DNA of 61,229 nucleotides, the filler included, from Hausera hauseri (Eukaryota), in NCBI GenBank assembly GCA_046269625.1. It is 10 parts of 10 records of this genome, joined end to end, with 100 filler letters (N's around TTAATTAATTAA, not from the genome) between each part and the next. Parts side by side here need not be neighbours in the genome. Positions count along the whole stretch, not along the records: positions 32,119 to 42,750 come from JBJURY010163309.1; positions 42,851 to 47,067 come from JBJURY010694438.1; positions 47,168 to 51,572 come from JBJURY010597222.1; 7 more parts are not named here. One strand, given 5' to 3'. Of this stretch, positions 37,711 to 50,100 are shown in pieces. The position numbers and the translations under genes were made by a program. The notes beneath the pieces were generated by a model that saw nothing but the letters and a program-made list of their open reading frames with translations, was not told the origin of the DNA and ran no database searches. Numbering within the stretch: the stretch's first letter is position 1; every line of letters starts with the position of its first letter.

Positions 37711-40480
37711 ATGGAAAATTTTGTTCTCTATCATGAAATTTATAAGATGTAATGACTGTGTACAAAGGGAGAAAGAAATTAACGATAACGTACGTCGCCG
37801 TGTCGTGCATTGACAAAAATCAGCGAATTAAAGTCACAAATCATGTGAGAATTGTGTTTGAGTTGGACAACAAACACGTTGTTAAATTCTACGAATGGTA
37901 TGAAACGAGTAATCATTTATGGCTGGTGACGGATTTGTGTGTCGGCGGCAGTTTGCAGCAGATATTAAGTGAGGACGGCAATTGGCCAGAGAGTTCAGTA
38001 AGGCATTTTGGTGTACATTTGGTTCGTGGTCTGCATTACATTCACTCGTGTGGATTAATTTTTATCCATTGGACTCCGACTAAGATTGTATTAGACGGAG
38101 AAGGCATTTTAAAATATTTCGATTTCTCCGATTCCAGAAAAGTCGATGAAGATTATGAAGAACTAGTTCAGCGGTTTTTCAGCGGTCTTAGTATTGAATT
38201 GAAAGACGTTGAGGAGCTATTTGATTGTCGTCGACCAACTCCATACATAGCACCGGAAATACTCAACGGAAGTCAGCCGGGATTTTTGGGCTGGGTTGCA
38301 TATTTTATGAAATGTTCACAGGCTGTGCTCCGTTTAGTGGACGTGATGAGAGTGAGATGATACAAAACATCCTCAACAATCCCTTCTTAATACCAAAAAT
38401 GCAAGGATCACGAATGTGTGGTAGAGCTTCCTCAGAATTTGATGATTTACTAGAGAAATTGCTGTATAAAAATGTTGACAGTCGGATTAATATGTTTGAT
38501 TTATGTCGTCATCCATTTTGGCAAGGTGCTCTTTTGGATCTATCACAGCAAGCTAAGGCAATTTCCGCTTTCATGACTTAAGAGAAAGTCGTTCGACCGA
38601 AAACCATATCCGAAGACCAAGACGGATCTAGTAGCACCGTGGACGATGTAAGTTTCACTCTGCATCTCGGCTCACGAGCAACTGATGTCAATGAATCGTC
38701 GACAAATCGAAATAAACGCAATAAATTCCAACTCGAACCTCAGGAGAAAATTATTCAATTGTCGGAAAATGCAGAATCCATCGGCAAACAGGAAATATTC
38801 ATTCGCATTGCGAGTTGCACGGCTTTTGAACCCATTCGTTGGCAGATTGATGACTATGCTCGAATGATGAAAGACGGTCGATTGAAATTCAACGCAAAAC
38901 TAATCGCATTACGCCGTTTTCCATTGTCAAGTTTCGTGGCTTACGGAAGCCAGAGACAAACATTTGAAACAGCTCGAAACATCATTAAAAGCCATAGAGA
39001 AGGGGCCTCCAAGCCAGAAACGACTTTACATGATTAATTATTTGGGTCAAATCTCCATGGCACCCGAAGTGTCTACCTTCCTCATTGAGGCTAATTTACC
39101 AATGGAAATCTGTCGACAGATAAAATCATCGTCTAGCCAAGAACTAATAGTTCGATTATGTCAATTGCTAGCCATAATTGTTAATTTCAGTCCACAAGTA
39201 GAACCGAATTTGTATGACGAAATGCTCCTTGTGTTGGCCGAAATACTGAGAGATCAATTTTGATGTACTCGTGTAAAACTGGCATGTCTCACCGTGTTAA
39301 GGGCAGTGTTACTGAAACATGCCCAGTGCACTGAAACGTCTGATGTTTCTCAATCTCAAATACCGACATTAGGACTCTGTGCTACTCTTCTTCATCGATG
39401 TCTCTATCGTTCAGAAGACGTATCTAGGAATCTCGCAGCAGCTCGAACCATAGAAATCGTTGCACAATTCCCGAAATGTCCACTGACAAATCTCATCACA
39501 TCATCTGAAACCATGCAGCAGTTGTACACCGTTTATAAACATACTAGTTTAGACCTACTCAAAACGAGCTCCGTAGTTGCATTATCTCGTCTCACTCATG
39601 TTGACGCGACGTTATTTTGTAATCTCATCGAAAAAACTGGAACCCAAGGGCTTTTAAAAAATCTTCATGTTGCTCTGTTGTCAGTTCAAAAAGCCATTTT
39701 AGAAATGTTCACCATTGCTGTGCTTGCCCAACAAAATTCACCGGTTATTCTTAAACTTATCCAGGATGCAAATTTCATCTTTATCATAATGAGGTTACTT
39801 GAAACACCAGCTGTTGTTGTTTGAGCGAAAGTGTTTCTACTTCTTTTGCTTATTTGCAAATGCGAAATATCTCAACTTCGTCCAGTAACTGATAATCGTC
39901 TGGTGTTGTATTTGAAACGGGAGCTCAAACGGACGAACGTCGGCGGCACCGCGAACAGCACAGGATTGGTGGAAACTTGTTTGAAACTCTGGAGAGCATT
40001 TCTGGCAACACATGCTGTTCCGACAATCTTATCCGAAACATGTATTTCACTCCAAGCAATTCAGGGCCGTAAACATCCATCGTCTGCTCAAATGAAGGCA
40101 TTGAGAGCCATTATGCATTTATTAGAAAGCATATCTAGCTTGAGTCTCTCATCATCTCTTCGGGGTTACCTCCTTTCTCAGTCCTTTTTTCAATCCCTTG
40201 GTGATCTAATAGCCCATGCTATTCGATTGGATGCTGATCAAATCGCTCTCGGAACTGACATTTCTCCACAATTCATGTGCGCCGTTTTGTCACTTGTTGA
40301 GACAGCATGCCATACTGATGAAACACCCAGTCTCTTATCATTCATTTTCGTCCCATTGGCCACTCTCAGACATCAGCACCAATCCTGATGTTCGTATCAC
40401 TGGTCGTAAACTCTGCAATGATATTATACAATCATTGGACAGCGATACGGACAATCTCGATACATCTGCCTTGGTTCGAG
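37711..40480 (+). pseudogene. ULK4: Intronless ULK4 pseudokinase copy (kinase plus HEAT/ARM repeats) with stops and frameshifts
   Basis: MENFVLYHEI / VYKGRKK..KVTNHVR..HVVKFYEWYETSNHLWLV..GGSL..PESSVRHFG, followed by helical repeats including GRKHPS. Several in-frame stops and no introns seen. Confidence 0.9.
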
Positions 40481-40481
40481 C

Positions 40482-40870
40482 CACAGATCACGTTCCTGAA
40501 TATTCGGAAATTCTTGTACCTAATGTCGATAATGTAAGGACTGAAACTCTTATTGATACCATTGCCAAACAAGGGAAATCTGTCTCACTGATTGGTGAGC
40601 AAGGAACAGTTAAGAGAGTTATGGTATCGAAATTTATGGCAAAATATAATCCTGAATCTCATGTTTTTAAATCTTTTAATTTTTCATCTGCTACTACTCC
40701 AGCATTAATTCAGCGCACAATTGAAAGTTTTATTGAGAAGCCAGTAGGCACAACATTTGGGCCGCCGGCTGGTAAAAAATTGTCAATCTTTATTGATGAT
40801 ATAAATATGCCGTTGATAAATGAGTGGGGTGATCAAATTGCAAATGAATTCGTCCGTCAAACATTGGAAG
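40482..40870 (+). pseudogene. DNAH5: Axonemal outer-arm dynein heavy chain (DNAH5/DNAH8-like) AAA3 fragment fused to ULK4
   Basis: [83 protein letters not shown]. Confidence 0.88.
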
Positions 40871-41859
40871 TCAATCATTTGACCACTCGGGAAAGTAGCA
40901 ATGAACTGTCATCACATTATCGCAACAGTGGTGAACATACCATATCAATGTCCTACACCAAATCTGATAAAACTTTTACTAGTTACAAACTGTTGTGTCA
41001 TTTTGTTGTCGAACGTTTAACACAGACTTTCGATTATGTAATGGCTTCTTTTATTCGATTGATCGTTAGATCTCGATTTCACAAACGAAAACAAATTATC
41101 CAAGGATTATTTCTTCAATAAACAGTTCCTAGCATAATGACGAAAGAGATCAACGTCCTGATGGTGTCCACGGATATTGCAATTGTCATTGAAATTCAGG
41201 ATGGCATAACCAGTAGTGATATGTCTAATATCACTGTGAACACAACTGATAACGTCTTACTGATAATCCCTATATCGAGTATGCTAGATGAATTACAAAA
41301 GAAACAGGCCGAACAGAACAAAGAACTGGAAAAAACATTTGAGATGTGGCCAAATTCTACATCCAGGACTCAGATATTCAAACACAGGTGGGTGAAATTC
41401 TTTTTATTGATTTATGCCCACCGGTGCGGCCGCATCCTTTGCATTTGCAAATCCTTCATATCTCCCATCCTTTTTCACTTTAAAAGGTTCTTTAGCTCAT
41501 TATCTTTGCACATTCCTTTACTCCATTCATCACTTAACACCGCTATCCCGACTGCACGCCCATATCTCTTGTTAAGACTGAATCAAACCGCACAAGCATT
41601 TTACCATTCTCCTGGAATTGCTTCGCTGCAACTCTCCTTCCTTATTTTTAATAACAATAAACACATAACGACCATTAAGGTTCCACTGAATACCACGGCG
41701 TAGCTACTATACACCTCTCTATCCTCCTCACTCGACACTGCCAATTTCTATTTCACACATCGAGGCATCACTGTACATCCCGTCGACTCACTTTTGTCTT
41801 TTGCATGCCATGAACGTCCACTTATCCATCTTATGCTCAACTTGCACCTCCGGGGTGTA

Positions 41860-42750
41860 TCAGATACAAATCCATCCTGCTCGGATGATAAATCCACGAA
41901 TACGGGCAACATCTATCGTTTGCCACATTCCCAACAGTCACCAGGTTCGTTAAATTTACCTTGTGTTGAATTCTTCCTTGACAAAAACAACTCCGGCAAG
42001 CCATCCTCCAATTGCACCAACAGTGGCTAAAATCAAACTACATCATAGATTCTTTTGTGCTAGCCAATAGCCTTTTAATTCTTCTTCCTGCCAACGTCAA
42101 GCAGCAAATTAATAATATTTCCAAGCTGCTACAGTCCTCGACGCCTTACGAGACACTCTGCAAAGCTGTACTGCATGTCACGGATCCATCGATTGACAAC
42201 ATAATACACAAGTATTTTAATGACCACGCAATGGGAAACCAAAAGCCATCCGACTTTCTGCAAACGGCCATTCTGCAGCTCAGCGCGCTAGGAATGACCT
42301 CTACGAATAAAGCGGATTTAATTTGCCGTTATTTGATATCGTCTCTGCCCACTTCAATCACAGCCTTGCTGACCGTTGTTGACTAATCCACTGCAATCGA
42401 AAAACTGGCAATAATGGCTAACAGTTTTTTTCCTGTTACTGCTGCAAGCACATGTTATCTAACTACAGATACAACACTCTTTACTCAATAATTGCAAATG
42501 ATGCAGCAACAGTTTGATATGCAGCAACAATCGATCTTGGTCATTACTAGCCAACTAAGTAATCTTAATGGGCCTCGACAAAGTGAAACCAGACGTTCAC
42601 GGGAGCGAAGCATTTCGATGAACTCTTCTCGGTCAATTTCACCTGGCGGATGCATGACTTGTTTCTACCACATGCGTTTTCGAAAGGAAGCAAGGAAATG
42701 TTTCTTGGGTTGTCGATTCTTTAGTGAGCGATACGCTGTAAATAACCCTA
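41860..42750 (+). mobile_element. gag: Second gag copy of the contig 6 Gypsy family, truncated by contig end
   Basis: High nucleotide similarity to 32119-33030 (for example TDPSIDNII.KYFNDHAMGNQKPSDFLQTAILQL). Confidence 0.9.
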
Positions 42751-42850
42751 NNNNNNNNNNNNNNNNNNNNNNNNNNNNNNNNNNNNNNNNNNNNTTAATT
42801 AATTAANNNNNNNNNNNNNNNNNNNNNNNNNNNNNNNNNNNNNNNNNNNN

Positions 42851-43324
42851 GGTCAAGCAGTTTCCGGTTTTCTAGCTATATATTTTATTATTAGCGCCAT
42901 ACGGACAGTATTTACGGCACTAGGTAAAGCCTATGGAATACATGCAGCAGTAGGATGCTCATGGAAAATCCTAATAGCGGCAATACCTGCAGTAGCAAGT
43001 TGTTTTCTAGCAAATCACGATGCACGATGTGAAAGGAAGATATTACAGAGGAAAGACATAAAAGAATCCCCGTATAGTATACCTGACGATAATGATGCCG
43101 AATATAGTCAAATGAAAGCAAAGAAACGAGTACCTAGTATCAAACAACTAGTACTAAAGACACGGAAACCGAAGTATAGACAGAAGTTAATAACGGACTT
43201 ACCCCGTCTAGACCCAGTGGACGAATATCATGGGCAAATGTATAATGAACAACCATTAATAAATCCTTCAGCTCCTCGATACGTAGTACATGCAGGATTA
43301 TATCCTACATATGAAGTTCAATAG
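42851..43324 (+). pseudogene. C-terminus (TM region and tail) of a chuvirus-like glycoprotein, in frame with downstream protease
   Basis: Open frame from contig start, not in the ORF track: GQAVSGFLAIYFIISAIRTVFTALGKAYGIHAAVGCSWKILIAAIPAVASCFL.., then a tail containing PSAP. Homologous to 58014-58170. Confidence 0.65.
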
Positions 43325-46300
43325 ATAAAACAAAGTTTTGATGAAAATCTGACCTCCTATAAACGTGAATCTACGTACAGTGTTGACGATAAAAATGAAA
43401 GACAACCACCTCTAAGACCAGAAATAGAAATAGAGGTGAACGGGTATCCTATGACGACTTTACTAGACACAGGATATACAACAACGATAATGGGAAGAAG
43501 CCAATTACCAAAGGAGTTAAAAAGGAAGTTACAAAGACCAACTACCACATTAGTAAACGTAGGAGCATTTGGTACAGAAGAGGAACGCAAGATGATCTTA
43601 GATGCGGAAATTAAGATCGGTGAACAAATGTTGAAACATACCATAAGAATAGCAGATAACTGAACTAACGAAATATTAATTGGATGAAATATATTAAAAC
43701 AGTTGGAGAACGCTTACATAGATATGAAAACGTGTCAACTTAAGATGTTCAGTGAAGATCGTAACTAAGGAATGGTCTCACTAAAAAGAGACATCACAAT
43801 CCCACCACGATCTGAGATAGTAGTTCCCGGAAAAATAGAAAGTCAAAACGTTACCAGAGATTATATATTTTGAACCTTCCCCACAGGTTATGGAAAAATA
43901 TGAAGTTCTAATCGCCTCTCACGTAGACAAGGTTAGAGATGGAAAAGTCCACTTACGAATTTGTAATACAACAAAAAAGAAAAACGATTACGGAAGAATA
44001 CTAGAATGGGAAAAATAACGATCACTGAAGAAATAATGAAAGAAGAAATCTGCTCAGTAATATCAGATGTAGACAAAATAGAAAAGATAATGGCGGAAAA
44101 GCTGAAAAAGAAACTAGATGAAGACAAAAGAAGAAATAAAACCAGGAATATCGACTAGAACAAGAGATTACAAAAATGCGAAATTCTAAGTAAGGAAGAG
44201 AAGGAAATGCTAATTGAATTATTGGAAAAGAATAACAGTCGATTTGCACAAACTGACTATGATCTAGGCACAATGAAAGTAATACAGCACACCATCAAGT
44301 TGAAGGGTGGACAAGACAAGCCAATTAAGAAAAGACCGTATCGATTAGCATACGATAAGAAACAGGAAGCGCGTAAAATAATAAAAGAGATTAGGGAAAA
44401 TAAGATAATTCGACGAAGTTGCTCCCTTTGGACAGCGCCAATAGTGATGGTCAAAAAGAAAGATGGAACTATGAGATTTTGTATAGACTATAGAGTCTTA
44501 AACGAAATAACAGAGACGGATACATATTTTCTATTAAGAATTGATGAGATACTAGATAAACTATACGGATCGACCATATTCACAACCATCGATCTACAAA
44601 AGGGTTATTGGCAAGTGAAGGTCAAAGAAGAAGATAAACCAAAGACAGCATTCGCAATTGGAGAAGGGTTGTGGGAGTTCAACATGATGCCGTTTGGGTT
44701 AAAGAATGGACCGCCAACATTCCGAAGAGAAACAGAACTTCTATAGATGATGTAATAATAGCGTCACCAAACTTTCGACAACATCTAAAGGATCTACAAA
44801 ATTTCTTTGACAGATGTGAAATAATGGGTCTAAAGATAAATTTCAAGAAATGTTTATTTGCTCAAGCAGAGGTAGATTTTCTCAGACATAAAGTGGATAG
44901 ACACAGTGTAAAACCTCAGGACAAGCTCTTAGGAAAAATAAGAGATTTTCCTAAGCCAGGTACAGTTAGAGAATTACGTCAGTTTCTAGGTTTAGCAAAC
45001 TATTACCGAAGATTCATAAAGGATTTTAGCAAAATTGCGAAACATTTGTATGAATTATTACGTGAAGACCTCTAAAAAGGCATCTGGACAAATGAATGTC
45101 AAAAAGCTTTTGAATATTTAAAAGATAGACTATTAACGGCTCCTATGTTAATCTATCCTGATATAACCCAACCATTTATTTTGGCAACAGACGCAAGTGA
45201 TTGTGGAGTAGGAGCAGTATTATCACAGAAGGGCGAAGATGGAAAGGAACACCCTGTAGCTTATGCTTCACGAAAACGTAATAAGCATCAGAAGAAATAT
45301 TCTGTAATAGAAAAAGAGTTATTAGCAGTAATCTTTGCCTTGGAAGTATTTTTACCCCATATTAGTGAAAATAAACCGCTCTTGATTTATACGGATCATA
45401 GACCGCTCCAAAGGCTAAAGCAGCATGAGAATCCAAATAGTACACTACTACGATGGGCTCTAAAGTTGCAACCGTACACATTAAATTTCCAGTATAAGCC
45501 TGGATCGCGAAATGCCAACGCCGACTACCTATCGAGAATACCTTATAAGTCAGAAACAAAGGCAGTAGTCGCAGCCGTATGGAGTATGGATGGATCAGTC
45601 GAGAAAATTAAGGCAAATCAATATGAAAATGTAGAAATAAAGGCCATTAGAAAATACATAAAAGATAAAACCATACCAGTTGACAGAGAGCTAATACGCC
45701 ACTTGGCTCGATTCAGCGAGGCTACGAGGAAAAAGAAGGATTTCTATATTTTATTAATCAAAACGGACCTGCATTAGTAATTTCTAAGAAAAATAGAGCA
45801 GTTTTACTGACCCAGTATCATGATAGATTACTTAGTGGACACCAATCGGCCAATAAAAAACTAAACAAACTAAAACGAAAATATTTTTGTCCCACGATAA
45901 CGAAGGATGTACAGGAATGGTGCGAGAGCTGCAAGCTTTGTGCTACACGGAAAACACAGGATCAAAATTCAAAGCACCATTAAAGGTATGGGACAACCCT
46001 ACAGCGCCATTCGAATTTACCGCCATGGATATAACAGGGCCATTGCCGTTGATACGAAATGGAAACAAATACATTTTAGTCTTCATTGAGTATTTCACTA
46101 GATGGGTTGTTGCTCTACCAATGCCTGATTTAAAAGCAGACACAATCGGTGAGAAATTTGTAAAAAATATAGTATATAATTATGGAGCTCCAATAATCCT
46201 CTTGACCAATCAAGCGTCAAATTTAACTGGAACTGTAATGCAGTCCATATATGACATCATGAAGATATTAAAATTACGATCCACGCCAGGACACCCAGAG

Positions 46301-46900
46301 AATAATGGAATAGTTCAGAGATATATTGGAGATTTAAAAGGGAAATTACAAACGGTAGTAAATACTAGGTAAGACGATTGGGACGAATATATCAATACAT
46401 GTGTTTTCGTAAATCGGACATCGGTTGATGAAGCTACTAAAGAGACACCCTTCTACTTAATGTATTTACGGGGTGCAAGATTACCAATCGATCTAGATTT
46501 TAATGTAAAACCAATTTCACATTTAATGGAAATAGAAGACTATAAGCAATTCATGCAGGAACGCCTTCAGTTAGCACATAAAATGATTGGCGATAACCAG
46601 AAGGATTATAAATTAAAATAAAAAAGTACTACGACCAAAATACCAAGCAGCCTAAAATTAAGATAGGTGACCAAGTAATGCTGTATTCTCCGGCAATTAA
46701 AAAGGGTAAAACGTCTAAGTTAGACCATATAAAGGACCATGTAAAGTAGAAAAAGTAGACTTACCGAATATTTGTTTGAGAAAGAATAATACTTCAGTGA
46801 AAGTCCACGTAAATAGATGTAAACCCTCTGCCAAGGAGAGCGAACTAAGAAAAGGTGAAAAAGAGTCGGTATGTAGCATCAGTGAAAAGGTAATCGAAAT
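42851..46900 (+). mobile_element. Ty3/Gypsy element (G-like tail, PR, RT, RH, IN), decayed
   Basis: LLDTGY, RFCIDYR, DLQKGYWQ, MPFGL, IDD, ATDAS, TDHRPL, AMDITGPLP, HPENNG. Confidence 0.92.
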
Positions 46901-47167
46901 AAGTTCAACAAGTAAACTTCAGATAAAGGAGGTCCTACTACTAATTATTATCTTGTGATAGGACCGGTGACGAATTCGGAAATTGAACGAGCAAAAATAA
47001 GACATGCCATAGCTATACAAGAAGATTTGTTAATGAAAGCTTTACGGTACAAAATAACATATTCAGANNNNNNNNNNNNNNNNNNNNNNNNNNNNNNNNN
47101 NNNNNNNNNNNTTAATTAATTAANNNNNNNNNNNNNNNNNNNNNNNNNNNNNNNNNNNNNNNNNNNN

Positions 47168-50100
47168 TTCTTCACGTGATATTACATCATTGGTCACGTG
47201 GTGTTCTGTGATTGGTCACGTGACGTCATATGGTTTGTCACGTGCAATCTGTGATTGGTCACGTCATTTGTCATATGTTTGGTAAGGAGATTCTTCAAGT
47301 GATATCACATCATTGGTCACGTGGTGTATCTGATTGGTAACATAATGTAATTTTGCTGGTCACGTTATATCTGTGATTGGTCACGGGATTGGTCACTAGA
47401 TTTGTCACGTCATGTCACAGGATTGGTCACGTGATTGGTCATGTCATTTGTCATATGCTTGGTCACGTCATTCTTCAAGTGATATTACATGATTTGTCCC
47501 GTGATATCTCTAATTCGTCACATAATATAATTTCTCCGGTCACGTTATATCTGTGTTTGGTCACGTGATTCTTCAAGTGATAATGCATCATTGGTCACGT
47601 GATGTCTGAGATTGGTCACATGATATCACTTCGCTGGTCACGTTATAATTGTGATTGTTTACGGCATTGGTCACTAGATTTGTCACGTGATGTCACAGGA
47701 TTGGTCACGTGATTAATCACGTCATTTCTCATATGTTTAGTCACGTGATTCTTCAAGTGATATCACATCATTGGTCACGTGGTGTTCTGTGATTGGTCAC
47801 GTGACCTCATATGGTTTGCTACGTGATAATTGTGATTGGTCACGAAATTCGTCATTAGATGTGTCACGTGATGTCACAGGATTGGTCACGTGATTGTTCA
47901 CGTCATTTGTCATTTGTTTGGACACGTGATTCTTTACGTTATATTACATCATTGGTCACGTGATGTGTCTGATTCGTCACATATTATAATTTCGCCGGTC
48001 ACGTTATATTCGTGATTGGTCACGGGATTGGTCACTAGATATGTCACGTGATGTAACAGGATTGGTCATGTGATTGGTCACGTCATTTGTCATATGTTTG
48101 GTCACGTGATTCTTCACGTGATATTACATCATTGGTCTCGTGGTGTTTGTCATTGGTCACGCGACGTCATATGGTTTGCCACGTGATATCTCTGATTGGT
48201 CACGGGATTGGTCCCTGATTTGTCACGTGATGTCACAGGATTGGTCACGTTATTGGCCACGTCATTTGTAACATATTTGGTCACGTGATTCTTTACGTGA
48301 TATTGCATCATTCGTCACGTGTTGTATCTGATTGGTCACATAATATAATTTTGCCGGTCACGTTATGTCTGTGATTGGTCAGCGGATTGGTCACTAGATT
48401 TTTCACGTGATGTCACAGGAAAGGTCACGTTATTGGTCACGTCATTTTTCATATATTTGGTCACGTGATTCTTCACGTGATATTACATCATTGGTCTCGT
48501 GGTGTCTGTCATTGGTCGCGTGACGTCATATGGTTTGCCACGTGATATCTGTGATTGGTCACGGGATTGGTCACTAGATTTGTCACGTGATGTCACAGGA
48601 TTGGTCACGTGGTTGGTCACGTCAATTGTGGCATATTTGGTCACGTGATTCTTTACGTGATATTACATCATCTATTGTGACTTGATGTCTGTGATTGGTC
48701 ACATTATATCATTTCTCTGGTCACGTGAACTCTGATATTGGTCACGGGATTGGTCACTAGATTTGTCACGTGATGTCACAGTATTGGTCACGTGATTGGT
48801 CACGTCATTTGACTCATATTTGTTCACGTGATTTCTCACGTGATATCACATCATTGGTCACGTGGTGTTCTGTGATTGGTCACGTGACGTCATATAGTTT
48901 GCCACGTGATATCTGTGATTGGTCACGGGATTGGTCACTAAATTTGTCACGTGATGTCACAGGATTGGTCACGTGATTGGTCTCTAGATTTGTCATATGT
49001 TTGTTCACGTGATTCTTCACGTGATATCACATAATTGGTCACGTGATATCTGTGATTGATCATGGGATTTGTCACTAGATTTGTCACGTGATGTCACAGG
49101 ATTGGTCACGTGATTGGTCACGTCATTTGTCATATGTTTGACCACGGGATTATTCACGTGATATCACATCATTGGTCACGTGATGTCTGTGATTTGTCAT
49201 ATTATATAATTTCCTCGCTCAAGCGATATCTGTGATTGGTCAAGGGATTGGTCACTAGATTTGTCACGTGATGTCACGGGATTGGTCACGTGATTGGTCA
49301 CGTGATATAACATCATTGGTCACGTCATGTCTGTGATTGGTCACATAATATAATTTCGTCGGTCACGATATATCTGTGATTGGTCACGGGATTGGTTACC
49401 AGATTTGTCACGTGATGTCACAGGATTGGTCACGTGATTGGTCACGTCATTTGTCATATGTTCTTTCTCGTGATTCCTCACGTGATATCACATCTTTTGT
49501 CACGTGATGTTCTGTGATTGGTCACGTGAGGTCGTGTGGTTTGTCACGTGAATTCTGTGATGGGTAACCGGATTGGTCACTAGATTTGGCACCTGATATC
49601 ACAGGATTGGTCACGTGATTGGTCACGTCATTTGTCATATGTTCGTTCACGTGATTCTTCACGTGATATCTCATCATTGCGCACGTGGTGTTCTGTGATT
49701 GGTCACGTGACGTCATATGGTTTGTCACGTGAAATCTGTGATTGGTCACGGTATTGGTCACTAGATTTGTCACGTGATGTCACAGGATTGGTCCCGTGAT
49801 TGGTCACGTCATTTGTCACATATTTGGTCACGTGATTCTTCATGTGATATTACATCATTGGTCACTTGATGTCTGTGATTGGTCACATTATGTCATTTCT
49901 CTGGTCACGTGATATCTGTGATTGATCACGGGATTGGTCACTAGATTTGTCACGAGATGTCACAGGATTGGTCCCGTTATTGGTCACGTCATTTGTCACA
50001 TATTTGTTCACGTGATTCTTCACGTGATATTACATCATTGGTCACTTTATATCTGTGATTGGTCACATTATGTCATTTCTCTGGTCACGTGAACTTTGAT

